Shown piece after piece: positions 33,042 to 43,553 of a DNA stretch of 64,000 bases (the stretch's first letter is position 1; every line of letters begins with the position of its first letter). The translations under genes were made by a program, and so were the position numbers. The notes beneath the pieces are model-generated. The model worked only from the letters and a program-made list of their open reading frames with translations. It was not told where the DNA came from and ran no database searches. Location of the stretch: the NCBI GenBank assembly GCA_963707985.1, contig CAVPRW010000017.1, forward strand, positions 160,001 to 224,000, written 5' to 3'. The DNA comes from an uncultured Nitrospinota bacterium (lineage in GTDB: Bacteria > Tectomicrobia > Entotheonellia > J063 > CAVPRW01).

Positions 33042-36000
33042 CACCGGCCCTCCACCTGTGCCAGCGCCGCCTCGGCCTCGGGCAGCCAGAAGGTCATGTC
33101 CATGGCGCGGTAGAGCGCGATGGCCGCGGCCAGTGCAGGGCGGGCCGTGTCTCCGCGTCCGAGCGCGGCATACAGGGTCCCGAGGCCGAGATGACAGTGC
33201 GCCAGCAGCGGGCGCATGCCGAGTGCCTCGGCCAGGACCTGGGCCTGGCGGTAGGAGGCTTCGGCCTGCTCGGCATCGAGGGGGTCGGCGTGGGCCTGGA
33301 CGGTGCCCAGCTGGTGCAGCGCGTGCGCCTCGTCCCCGCGTGCCTTCTGCTGTCGGGCCAGGTCGAGCGCCTGGTGCGCATGCTGCCAGGCCTCCTCGCT
33401 GTATCCCGCCAGACGATACACCTCGCTGAGCCATGCGAACCGATAACCCTGACCTTGCAGTCCGCCGGTGCGAATACTTTCGCTGATCCCCTCCTCCAGC
33501 AGCGCACGCCCCTCCGCGAGACGTCCCTGGAGCGCAGAGGCATAACCCAGGCCTGCCGCGATCACTCGCAACCAGGCCTGGTTGTCAGAGACACGACAGA
33601 GGGCCAGGCCCTGATCCAACATCCGGATGGCGGACTCCAGGTCCCCCTGGGTGAGGGACAGGAGGCCGAGGCAGCCGTGGACCGCCATGGGGGTGTTCCC
33701 TCGGCCTTCTCGCGTGGCCAGGCGGAGCGCCTCCTCCCCGTGACGCCGGCCCTCCGCGAAGGCCCCGAGCGCGCTCAAGGTTCGCGCCAGCCATGCCTGG
33801 GACTCGATCCACACGTCTGTGCTAGGCCTGCCAGACTCCCGGTCCGCCGCCTCGACGTTCCGCCGCAGCAGCTCAGCTGCCCGGCCGAAGTCGCCGATGA
33901 CATAGTAGGCCTGCCCCAGGCGATAGGACGCTTGCACTTGCAAGGCGCTGTCCCCGAGCGCAGCCGTGAGCGCAAGGGCTTGCTGACCCGCCGCAATGGC
34001 GCCATGAGTGTCTCCCATCGTTCTGAGTACCGTGGCCATCTGGGCCAGCACCCGTCCCAGCCGGGCCCGGTCGTCGAGCGCCCGGGCCAGGACCTCGGCC
34101 TCGCCCAACAGGACGAGGCGCCGCCTATGCTCTCCCAGTGCGAGCAGCGGGAGATCCATCGCCAGGCGGAGATCGAGGGCCAGCCCCCTGGTGTGGCCAT
34201 GCTCGGACAGGTGCGCGAGGGCCTGGAGGGCCTGCTCGAAGGCGGCCACCGCCTCGCGGAACGCGGCGCGCTCGTGCGCCCTGGCGCCGGCCCGCTGGCA
34301 GTAGGGCACGGCCTTGTCCCACACCTCGCCCCGCAGGGCATGGTGGGCGAGCCGTTCGACCTGCTCAGCTCCCCGGTCGGGCGCGAGTGCCTCAAGCGCC
34401 TCTACCAGGCGCGCGTGCAGCCCCCGCCGCCGCTCCAGCAGAAGGCTGCCATAGGCCACCTCGTGTGTCAGGGCATGCTTGAAGGTGTACTCCGGCTCGG
34501 GGAACAGGCGGGTCTCATACAGGAACTCTGCCGCCTGCAGGTACGCCAGGCCGCGGTGCAACGCCGCCTCGGGCACGTCTGCAATGGCCTGGAGCAGCGG
34601 CAAGGGTACCTCGGTGCCAACCACGGCCGCCGTTTGCAGGAGCCGCTTCTCCTCCGGTGGCAGGCGGTCGATGCGGGCGGCCAGCACGGCCTGCACCGTG
34701 GCGGGGATCTGCAGCATCGGGATGGATGTCGCCAGGCGATAGCCCCCAGGCTCACCCACCAGCCCTTGGGTCTCGATCACTGCCCGTGCGCTCTCTTCCA
34801 GGAAGAACGGGTTCCCCTCGGTCTGCTCAATAAGGCGCTGCTTGAGCGGTGCGAGGCTGCCATCGTCGCCCAGCAGGGCACGCAGCAAGGCCTCCGCGCT
34901 GTCGGGGCGCAGAGCGTCGAGCCGGAGCTGGCTATAGGAGGTCTTCGAACCCCAGCTGTGTGAGTACTCGGGGCGGTAATTGACCAGCAGCAGCACCCGG
35001 GCAGTCGGCAGACTCTCGACCAGGCTGTCGAGCACGGCTTGCGTCTCGGTGTCGATCCAATGTAGGTCTTCGACGATCACGAGCAGCGGCTGTACCTGGC
35101 TCTCGCGCAGCAGCAGGCGTTTGACGGCCTCGAGGGTGCGCTGCCGGCGTTGAGAAGGATCAAGGGCGTGCCAGGCGGCGTCCTCGACGGGCACGTCGAG
35201 CAACGACAGCATCGCCGGCAGGGTCGGCTGGAGTGCCGTATCGAGGCCGAGAATTTTGCCCTCCACCTTCTCCCGCATCCGCCGAGGCTCATCACGGTCC
35301 TCGATCTGGCAGTACCCCTTGAGCAGGTCGATCACCGGGAGGTAGGCTGTCGCCTGGCTATACGACACGGACCGACTCTCCAGCACCAACCACCCCTGCG
35401 TCCAAGGCGCGTGCAGACACTCATAGACGAGTCGGGACTTGCCCACCCCCGGCTCGCCCACCAGCGCCACCACCTGACCTTGGCCAGTCTCGGCCCAGCG
35501 CAGGGACTGGTGCAGGTGGTCCAATTCACGATCCCGTCCGACAAAGCGGGTGAGCCCCTGCACGGCTGCAGCCTGGAGCCTGGTTCGCATCGGGCCGGGC
35601 CCAGTCACTTCATACACGGCCAGCGGCGCGCTTAGCCCCTTGATCGCGACCGGCCCCAAGGACGTGACCTGCACATAGCCTTCCGCCAACCGCAACACCT
35701 CAGGCGTGATGAGGATCGACCCCGGCATCGCCATCTGCTCCATGCGAGCGGCTAAGTGGGTGGTCTGGCCTACAGCCGTGTAGTCCATGTGCAGGTCGCT
35801 GCCGATGGACCGCACCACCACTTCACCGGCATTCAGCCCGACCCGGATGTGGATGGGTACGCCTTTGCGTGCGTTGCACCTCTGCGGCATACTGCTTGAC
35901 CGACTCCTGCATGGCCAGCGCCGCATAGCACGCCCGGATGGCGTGATCTTCATGCGCGATCGGCGCCCCGAACAGCGCCATGATGCCGTCGCCCATGACC

Positions 36001-36419
36001 TGATTCACGGTCCCCTCATAGCGATGGACGGCCGCCATCATGCGTTCCAGCACCGGGTCGAGCAGCTGGCGCGCTTCTTCGGGGTCGCGGTCCGCGAGCA
36101 GCTCCATGGAGCCCTTCAGGTCCGCAAACAGCACGGTGACCTGCTTGCGCTCGCCTTCGAGCGCACTCTTTGAGGTCAGAATCTTCTCGGCGAGATGGGT
36201 GGGCGTGTAGGTGAGCGGCACGGGCGGGCGGGGCGCCACTAGTGGGGCGGTCGAGGCGCGGGCTTGTGCGGGAAGAGCTGCCCCACATTCGCCACAGAAC
36301 TTCGCCTGTGGCTGATTGGCAAACCCGCACTGGGAACACGGCATCCGCAGCGATGCGCCGCATTCGTTACAAAACTTCAGACCCTCTGGATTCTCAAAGC
36401 CACAGCTCGGGCAGTGCAT
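33041..36419 (-). CDS. Double zinc-ribbon-cyclase-AAA-TPR protein (gene B), frameshift ~35870; stop overlaps the start of gene A (TGATG)
   Basis: CPSC...CNEC...CSQC...CGEC, ERKQVTVLFADLKGS, MGDG, GEPGVGKSRL, FKHALTHEVAY, MDMTFWLP. Confidence 0.9.
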
Positions 36420-36510
36420 GAGTATACCCTCGGGCACGGCCGTGCGGGGGGATGGGTCACACGCGGGTAGGTGCCTCAACGCGCTCCCCTGCAATGGGCG
36501 TCTTGAATGC

Positions 36511-36556
36511 TGTGTCAGTACTCCAGGCGGCGCCTGGTGTCAAGTGAAAACATGAG
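36511..36556 (-). promoter_or_regulatory. Conserved promoter-like cassette, copy 2, about 90 bp upstream of gene B
   Basis: TTGACA-ccaggcgccgcctggag-TACTGACACA. Confidence 0.7.
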
Positions 36557-36738
36557 GCGGTTACAGAGGCTGGATGGGCGAGGGAGGACTCCTTGGCTAT
36601 GGGCACGGTCACAGTGGTGCTGGACGACTACTGGAGAAGGCCAGAGCCCCTTAAGGTCGGCAGCCGTGCCGCTAAGGCCGTAAAAGTGCGGTTGCTGTTA
36701 ACCTGTGTTCCGAAGCGGGATCGCCATTAGATCTATGA

Positions 36739-36858
36739 TCACGAACGCTCCTCAAGCAGCCGTTTGGCCTCTTGTCTGAGTCGACGCAGCTCCGCGTCAT
36801 AGTAACGTTCCCTACTCTTACCTGCCATGGTTAGCGCTTCCGCCAGCGCCCCGGGCAC
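36739..36858 (-). pseudogene. Internally deleted C-terminal remnant of a gene-A-type cyclase-AAA-TPR gene
   Basis: My translation ALAEALTMAGKSRERYYDAELRRLR|QEAKRLLEERS* versus gene [25 protein letters not shown]...[11 protein letters not shown]. Confidence 0.7.
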
Positions 36859-37059
36859 TGTTCACGCCGTGTCGATCTAACCAGCGTGTTCAAAGTCGAA
36901 CAGACCCCTAGGCGGCTGAATATTCAACCCAGAGCAGGCTCTCCTGATGGCCGATGCACCTCGGCTGTTCAATTCTCCAATCTACCTGATATCGCCCAGT
37001 GCTCTCATAGATGATTTCAATCTATACAATTACAAAGACTTAGCATCGATATCTTATCG

Positions 37060-37075
37060 AGGCACACCTTTTGCT
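37060..37075 (+). promoter_or_regulatory. Candidate sigma54 promoter for the hydrogenase operon
   Basis: AGGCACACCTTTTGCT (GGCAC-N5-TTGC), preceded by an AT-rich tract at 37010-37055. Confidence 0.6.
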
Positions 37076-37187
37076 CAAAGAAGACGGCAGAAGGACTGGG
37101 ATCAAGGGGAATAGGACATCAGGCCACCGATGGCATCGGTCGTCGTAGTCCTTGGCCGGAGGGGAGCGCGCTTCGGAGGGAGACATC

Positions 37188-37988
37188 ATGACAACGCTCC
37201 TTTGGCTCGAATGCGGCGCATGCAGCGGTGAGTCCATGGCGATTCTTGGCGCCGAAGGGCCGGGCAAGGCAGGCGACAATCTGCTCGACTTCTTGGAGTG
37301 CCATCACGTGCAACTCCTCTGGCATCCCTCGCTCTCGTTGGAGCCTCCGAAGGTCTTAGCAGCGATTATTGCACGTATCCTCGCTGACGAGCAGGAATTG
37401 ACTCTCCTCTGTGTCGAGGGGAGCATCATCCATGGCCCGAACGGCACGGGGATGTTTGATACGTTTGACGGAAAACCCAAACGAGACATTATTCGAGCCT
37501 TATGTCACAAAGCCGACTACGTGCTGGCCATGGGTACCTGTGCCGCCTTCGGGGGAATCCCGGCGGCCCCGCCCAATCCCACGGAATCGAGCGGCCTGCA
37601 GTTCAGCCACGAGCAGCCGGGGGGGTTGGTCGCTCCACAGTGGCGGTCCAAAGCCGGCTTGCCCGTGGTGAATCTGGCCGGATGTCCGGTCGATGCGGCG
37701 ACCATGATCAAGACCATGGGCTCGATCCTTCAGGGGGTACCCCTCGACCTGGATGCTCATAATCGGCCATGTATCGTCCGTCCCTGTCTGTCAGACGCCT
37801 CGCCCAGGAAATGCGGGACGGCCGAGAAGGTGGGGTATTCCTGCTACGGCTGTATCGCTGCCAAGTTCCCAGCCAGCAAGCCTCTGTTCAGGCACGTGGA
37901 ACCTCCGGAAAAAGCTAAGCGCTTCGATCCGCACAGCCGGAAGACCTCTCTGCACGATGGCTGGAGGGCCTCGGAAGATGCCGCCTGA
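37188..37988 (+). CDS. [NiFe]-hydrogenase small subunit, group 2-like, no signal peptide, shortened C-terminal Fe-S domain
   Basis: LLWLECGACSGESM, LLWHPSLS, CVEGSI, GTCAAFGG, AGCP, CYGC...FP; GGAGGGAG RBS. Confidence 0.85.
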   Translation: MTTLLWLECGACSGESMAILGAEGPGKAGDNLLDFLECHHVQLLWHPSLSLEPPKVLAAIIARILADEQELTLLCVEGSIIHGPNGTGMFDTFDGKPKRDIIRALCHKADYVLAMGTCAAFGGIPAAPPNPTESSGLQFSHEQPGGLVAPQWRSKAGLPVVNLAGCPVDAATMIKTMGSILQGVPLDLDAHNRPCIVRPCLSDASPRKCGTAEKVGYSCYGCIAAKFPASKPLFRHVEPPEKAKRFDPHSRKTSLHDGWRASEDAA

Positions 37989-39531
37989 GGTGTTAGGTCG
38001 ACGCACAATTAAAATGGAGATGAACCGCGTCGAAGGGGACCTCGAAATCCAGCTGGAGGTCGAGGGTCATACGGTCACCGATGCCTGGTGCATCGGCACG
38101 ATGTACCGCGGCTTTGAGCAGATTTTAGGTGGGCGTGACCCCCAGGATGTGTTGGTGATCACGCCCCGGATTTGCGGTATCTGCAGTACGGCCCAGCTCT
38201 ATGCGGCTACAGCCGCATTGGAGGTGGCCTACCAGGCTCCGATTGCGCCCAACGGCAGTCGCATCCGCAATCTGTGTTTGATGGCGGAGTCGGTCATGAG
38301 CGATGCCAGGCATACCTTTCTGATGTTCGCGCCCGACTTCTGCAACCAGACCTACAGCACGCATGAGCTCTATGCAAACGTCATGAAGCTGTTCGAGCCC
38401 CCGTTCAAGGGCAGCATTGCCAGGGACACCGTGCAATATTCGAAACAAATCCTGGGCATTATCATCGCGTTCGGGGGGCAGTGGCCGCATTCGACGTATA
38501 TGATGCCCGGGGGTGTCACCGCCCCCCTGACGAAGCTCAAGGTTGTCGAGAGCTTATCCGCCATCGATGCATACACGCGATGGTACGAACAGGTCATTTT
38601 GGGCTGTCCGTCCGAGTGCTGGCTGGCAGTGAAGACGGTCGACGATTTCCACGCCTGGTTGGAGGCACGGGAAGCACACAGGAACAGCGTGGTTGGCGTG
38701 TTTGCCCGCTTCGGCCGGTCCATCGGATTGCACAAGACGGGAACAGGGAGCCCGCACTTGCTGACTGCCGGGTGTTACTATGATCCAGAGAAGTGGCAGC
38801 CCCCCTTTGAGGAACGGCACTGTCTGCAGCCGGCGGGTTTCTACAATGGCGAAACGGACGAGATCGAGGCCTTCTCACACCTCGATATTGCAGAGCATGT
38901 GCGCTATTCCTGGTTTGTCGATCCCGGCGGTGGACGCCATCCTTGGGAGAGCCAAACCACGCCTGAGTATAAGACCGACGGCGAGCCATACAGCTATGTC
39001 AAGGCGCCCCGTTACCGGGGCCAGGTGGTGCAGCTCGGGCCCCTGGCAGACCTGGTTATCGCCGGAGATCCGCTGATGACCTCCTTCTTCAAGGCGGAGG
39101 GGCCGAATACCTGGCTCCGGCAGTTGACCCGGCTGCATCGGCCCGTCTATGTGCTGCAGGCAATGCGCAGGACGGCGCTGGAGTTGATCGAGCATCTCGG
39201 CGAACCGACCTTCATGCGATCGGAACCGCGGGCGGAGGCCGATGGCTATGGTTTGATCAATGCCTCACGGGGCAGTTTGGGACATTGGATCAACATCAGG
39301 AACGGAAAGATTGCGAATTATCAGGTGATCACGCCGACCACCTGGAACGGGTCTCCGCGCGACTCCTCAGGAAAGCGCGGGCATTGGGAAGAGAGTTTCA
39401 TCGGTCTGGAAATCAAGGACTTGGAGAACCCGGTGGAATTATGCCACGTTGTCCGCTCGCACGATGCCTGTCTCGTCTGTACCGTCCACTTCGTGAGGAC
39501 CGGCAAGAAACGAACGTTTCAGCTGTGGTGA
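37978..39531 (+). CDS. [NiFe]-hydrogenase large subunit, group 2-like
   Basis: NRVEGDL, L1 RICGICSTAQ, GGQWPHS, RGSLGHW, NYQVITPTTWN, L2 SHDACLVCTVH plus a 13-aa C-terminal extension. Confidence 0.93.
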   Translation: MPPEVLGRRTIKMEMNRVEGDLEIQLEVEGHTVTDAWCIGTMYRGFEQILGGRDPQDVLVITPRICGICSTAQLYAATAALEVAYQAPIAPNGSRIRNLCLMAESVMSDARHTFLMFAPDFCNQTYSTHELYANVMKLFEPPFKGSIARDTVQYSKQILGIIIAFGGQWPHSTYMMPGGVTAPLTKLKVVESLSAIDAYTRWYEQVILGCPSECWLAVKTVDDFHAWLEAREAHRNSVVGVFARFGRSIGLHKTGTGSPHLLTAGCYYDPEKWQPPFEERHCLQPAGFYNGETDEIEAFSHLDIAEHVRYSWFVDPGGGRHPWESQTTPEYKTDGEPYSYVKAPRYRGQVVQLGPLADLVIAGDPLMTSFFKAEGPNTWLRQLTRLHRPVYVLQAMRRTALELIEHLGEPTFMRSEPRAEADGYGLINASRGSLGHWINIRNGKIANYQVITPTTWNGSPRDSSGKRGHWEESFIGLEIKDLENPVELCHVVRSHDACLVCTVHFVRTGKKRTFQLW

Positions 39532-39547
39532 GGGGGAGCTCGAAGCG

Positions 39548-39760
39548 ATGGTGCACGTCGTGTGCTTTGGGAATGTGTGGCAGGGAGACGATGGCTTCGG
39601 CATTCATGTGTTCCGGCGGCTGTGTGGGAGGCGCAGTCTGCCCCCGCAGGTCAAGGTGTTTGAGGCCGGGACCGCGGGCCTGGATGCGCTCGTGTATTTT
39701 GACAACTGCCGCAAAGCGGTGATTGTGGAAGCCGCCCTTGAGGGCGCGATCAGGTTGGTA
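39548..39760 (+). pseudogene. Hydrogenase maturation protease, N-terminal fragment only
   Basis: VCFGNVWQGDDGFG...EAGTAGL; similarity stops after about 60 aa. Confidence 0.75.
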
Positions 39761-39768
39761 CACAGGGA

Positions 39769-39955
39769 ATGCATGAACTCAGCCTTATGAGTGCAGTCTT
39801 GGACGCCATCACTGAGCAGACCACGAGAGAGCACTTCTCCCAAGTGCACCGGGTTTCTCTAGAAGTGGGGGAGCTGTGCAACGTTGAAGTGGAAGCCTTG
39901 GCTTTCTGCTTCGAGGTCGTAATGAAAGGAACTATCGCTGAGCACGCCTCGTTCC
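39769..39955 (+). pseudogene. hypA: HypA N-terminal fragment (Zn-finger half missing)
   Basis: MHELSL...V.LEVGELCNVEVEALAFCF...GTIAE. Confidence 0.8.
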
Positions 39956-39959
39956 GCAT

Positions 39960-40215
39960 GACACACATATGCACCATGAGCCCCCAGTTCCACCGCTTCG
40001 AGCCCCGAAACGTGGCAGACGCGTCATTCAACTTGAGGAGGATCTTCTCAGCAAGAACACAAGATTTGCGGAAAGAAATCGGCATTATTTGCGCGGAATC
40101 CGCGTGCTTGCCTTGAATCTGGTCTCAAGCCCAGGGGCAGGGAAGACAACGCTGCTGATTCGCACCATTCAGGATCTGAAAAGCCGCGCTTCGATCGCAG
40201 TGATCGAGCAAACAG
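39960..40215 (+). pseudogene. hypB: HypB internal fragment
   Basis: LEEDLLSKNTRFAERNR...NLVSSPGAGKTTLL...IAVIE, then similarity is lost. Confidence 0.8.
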
Positions 40216-40345
40216 CAGATGGTCGTATCCAGGTAAGGGTAGGCAGGAAGAGTAACCGGGTAAGCTTCGCTCACTGCGAGGGGCGAGCCAACCCTGGAGG
40301 CCTTCGAGTTCCAGGCCTCGGCGAGCAGACGACAAGGAGGAACGT

Positions 40346-40615
40346 ATGTGTCTGGCGATGCCTGGGATGGTGCTGGAGATCGTAGATTCCGCGAGGCGGA
40401 TTGGGAGGGTTGAGATCAATGGGACACCTCGTCTGGTGAACCTGGGGATGCTTGACGAGGTAATCCCTGGCAATTGGGTGTTGGTACAGCTCGGTCTTGC
40501 CGTGGAGAAGATCGATGCAGAGGCGGCACAGCAGGCTATGGGCCTACTGGAAGAGCTCAGGGCAGTGTTTGAGCAGGAACTGGCACCGGGGGTCGGAGAG
40601 GAGACGGAACGATGA
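40346..40615 (+). CDS. hypC: HypC/HupF hydrogenase chaperone
   Basis: MCLAMPG...GNWVLVQLGLAVEKID.EAA; AAGGAGG RBS. Confidence 0.88.
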   Translation: MCLAMPGMVLEIVDSARRIGRVEINGTPRLVNLGMLDEVIPGNWVLVQLGLAVEKIDAEAAQQAMGLLEELRAVFEQELAPGVGEETER

Positions 40616-41367
40616 GCCGTGCAGGGGCACTCCTGGCGGCGCGGTTTAGCTTCATGCCGAACCGCCTCGGATACTGCGGTCCGGAAGAGAACCCGGCGAT
40701 GCTCGACTACCTGGCCGAGGGATACAGCGATCGGGGTCTCGAGCAAATCCTGAGCCGGTTTCCGGGGGCCTTCCCTTACTACGCCTTCACCTCCACAGCA
40801 AACAGCGTTCGGGATCCATTCGACTCCCGCGTTACTGAGGCGTACAGGATCGGCAACGAGTTGCTCGATCAGGTGGAGCTCGTGGATCTGTACCGCTATA
40901 TCGAGGAACGCTTCAACAGTCGCTTCCCCACACAACTCTTGCGCTCGCTTCTGAGGCAGGTCCCTGCGGGCACGCGCCCGCACCACAATTTTCACGTCTT
41001 CAGCATGCCGGTGCGGACGGGTCATCAGGAGATTCCGCACAGCCTGGAGACGATGGACGAATGCCGGGTGAGCTGGGGACGCGTGGTCGCCGCCCAGGGC
41101 GACAACCTGCTGGTGGAGCGCCAGCCGCTCCGCTTCGCCGGGGAGGACATTACCCTCGGCCCGCCTGTACCCCGTAGTGTCTTCCGCCGCTTCGACGGGA
41201 AGGCCATCGTGACCGATATCTCCCCAGGGGACGTGGTGGCCGTTCACTGGGGCTGTGCCTGCCAGAAGTTAACGACAAGGCAACGGCGGTGCCTCACTCA
41301 TTACACACGGCAGCATCTGGCGCTAGCGAACGCGCAGCGGCGCAGGAGCGCCGTCCTTCGCCTGTAG
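40612..41367 (+). CDS. DUF6390-like protein (hydrogenase-locus associated)
   Basis: ARFSFMPNRLGYCGP, GAFPY, EAY.IGNELL, PHHNFHVF, MDECRVSWG, VAVHWG.AC; ATGA overlap with hypC. Confidence 0.7.
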   Translation: MSRAGALLAARFSFMPNRLGYCGPEENPAMLDYLAEGYSDRGLEQILSRFPGAFPYYAFTSTANSVRDPFDSRVTEAYRIGNELLDQVELVDLYRYIEERFNSRFPTQLLRSLLRQVPAGTRPHHNFHVFSMPVRTGHQEIPHSLETMDECRVSWGRVVAAQGDNLLVERQPLRFAGEDITLGPPVPRSVFRRFDGKAIVTDISPGDVVAVHWGCACQKLTTRQRRCLTHYTRQHLALANAQRRRSAVLRL

Positions 41368-41727
41368 CAGCTCCTTGGCGTGCTCGGAGGGCAAAGGGTC
41401 GAGCTGGAGCTGGGTGTAATAGGTCTTGTTCCCCCAGCTGTGCTGATACTCGGGGCGATGGTTGACGAGGAGGAGCAGTCGGGTGGCCAGGAGGCTCTCG
41501 ACCATGCTGTCGAGGAAGGCCTGGGTCTCGGCATCAATCCAGTGGAGGTCTTCGAAGACGACGAGCAGTGGCTGCCGTTGACTCTCCCGCAGCAGGAGAT
41601 GCTTGAGAGCCTCCAAGATGTGCTGGCGGCTTTGGATGTCAGGATTTTCTCGGCGAGGTGGGCTGGTACACTGCCCGCAAAACTTCATGCCTTCCGGATT
41701 CTCAAAGTCGCAGCATGGGCAGTGCAT
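41360..41727 (-). pseudogene. Internally deleted N-terminal remnant of a Zn-ribbon cyclase-AAA-TPR gene (gene C)
   Basis: MHCPCCDFENPEGMKFCGQC joined directly to LLLRESQRQPLLVVFEDLHW...YYTQLQLDPLP; ends where the DUF6390 gene ends. Confidence 0.85.
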
Positions 41728-42060
41728 GGGTGCGATCTCCGGCATGGCCCTGCGAGTGTGCGCTGCCCGAATCCCTCACTGCCATTACCCGAGGGGCTCA
41801 CGCTGCAGACGTGTGGCGATCGAGGTCATCTGGAGGATGTTACAAGACGCCCGCCGATTAGTCACACGTCCGAAATCGCCTGGTGCGAGGCCCCGAATGG
41901 ACACGCGGCGGCGCATGTGGTGATGGCCTTGCCTGCCTTCATCAGGCGCATCCCCTCCCAAGTATGCGCGTTTCGCTCGCCTGACAAATAGGGTATAATC
42001 CCACCCACATCAGGCCGTCACGATCAGCACCTTGACTCCCGTGGTCCCGGAGCTCGCCCC

Positions 42061-43553
42061 ATGGCTCGCCCACCAGCACTTTCGTTCGACCGTGGCACGT
42101 TGCTGTTACACCCGCCGCCACCAGGCAAGGCGTGGATCGACTACGTGACTTGGGACGATCGCGTGGAGCGCTTTCGCCTCCCGGCTCTGCACTATCGTCG
42201 TCTCATCGAGGCGCTCACGGCTGAGGGCACGCGGCTGGTGGACCACGCGCCAGCGTTCGAACCGCTCCCGCTGGTGCCCGCGGTGGAGATGGCGCCGTAC
42301 CCCCATCAGCGCGCGGCGCTGGCGGCCTGGCTGGCTGCCGGGAGGCAAGGAGTCATTGTGCTGCCTACCGGGGCCGGGAAGACCTATGTGGCGCAACTCG
42401 CCATGCAAGTCACCCAGCAGAGCACCTTGATCGTGGTGCCGACGTTGGACCTGATGCACCAGTGGTATGCGCATCTTCTGCGCCGCTTTCCCTGATGCAC
42501 CAGTGGGGCTGCTCGGCGGCGGTTCGCACGACCGCACCCCCTTGCTGGTCGCCACCTATGATAGCGCCGCCATCCAGGCTGAAGCCCTCGGCAACCATTA
42601 CGCCCTGTTGATCTTCGATGAGTGCCATCACTTGCCCACCGCCTTCACCCGTGTCATCGCGGAATACTCGCTCGCGCCGTACCGCCTTGGTCTGAGCGCG
42701 ACCCCCGAGCGCAGCGATGGCACCCACACGGACCTGGACGCCCTGATCGGCCCCGAGGTCTACCGCACCTCGGTTGCCGCGCTTTCTGGGACGATCCTCG
42801 CCCCCCATCGTGTGGTGCGGCTCACGGTCAGGCTTTCTCCACGCGAGCGCCGAGTGCTACGACGCGTTGATGGAGACCCGTAACCGCTTCTTGCAATCGT
42901 GCGGCATCCGCCTGGGGAGTGTCACCGGGTGGCAGGCCTTCGTCCACGCCAGCGCGCGCTCCAGAGCCGGACGCCGCGCCATGCTGGCGCATCGCGAGGC
43001 CCGCACCCTGGCCTTCGGGACGGCCGGTAAGCTCCGGGTGTTGGCCGACCTGCTCGTGCAGCACCACCCAGCGCGCACCCTGATCTTCACCGAGGACAAT
43101 GCCATGGTGTATCGGATCGCACGGGAATACCTGATTCCGGCCATCACGCACCACACCCCGGTGAAGGAGCGGCACGATGTCCTGCAGCGCTTCCGCGTAG
43201 GGCATTACCCGGTGGTGGTGACCTCCCGCGTGCTCAACGAGGGGGTGGATGTCCCAGAGGCCAGCATCGCCATCGTCCTCTCCGGCACAGGCTCACGGCG
43301 GGAATATGTGCAGCGCCTGGGTCGCATCTTGCGCCGCCGCGCGGGCAAGCAGGCGGTGCTGTATGAAGTCGTGGCGGAGGCGACGAGTGAAGAGCAGGTG
43401 TCCCGGCGCCGACGAGGGACCCGCGTCAGCCCGGATCGTCAGCGCGACGGGCCTGAGCCTGATCTATTCACCGACAACGAGGGTGATGAACGCTTGGCCG
43501 CACGGACCCAGCCCGGACAGGGGGACGACCGATCTTACCCGCCGAGTTGTTGA
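42061..43553 (+). CDS. XPB/Rad25-like SF2 helicase, frameshifts ~42490 and ~42850
   Basis: LPTGAGKT, IFDECHHL, LGLSATPER, VLNEGVDVP, QRLGRILR. Confidence 0.85.

Noticed and set aside
30894..34963. Long plus-strand ORFs (739 aa, 590 aa) and similar antisense ORFs over coxL, groEL and prkA
   Set aside because: Shadow ORFs caused by high-GC codon bias opposite well-supported genes; no motifs.
36419..39531. Hydrogenase as a dedicated H2 sensor signalling through the divergent cyclase gene B
   Set aside because: Cyclase genes and remnants are scattered through the window and have their own promoter cassette, so adjacency alone is not evidence.
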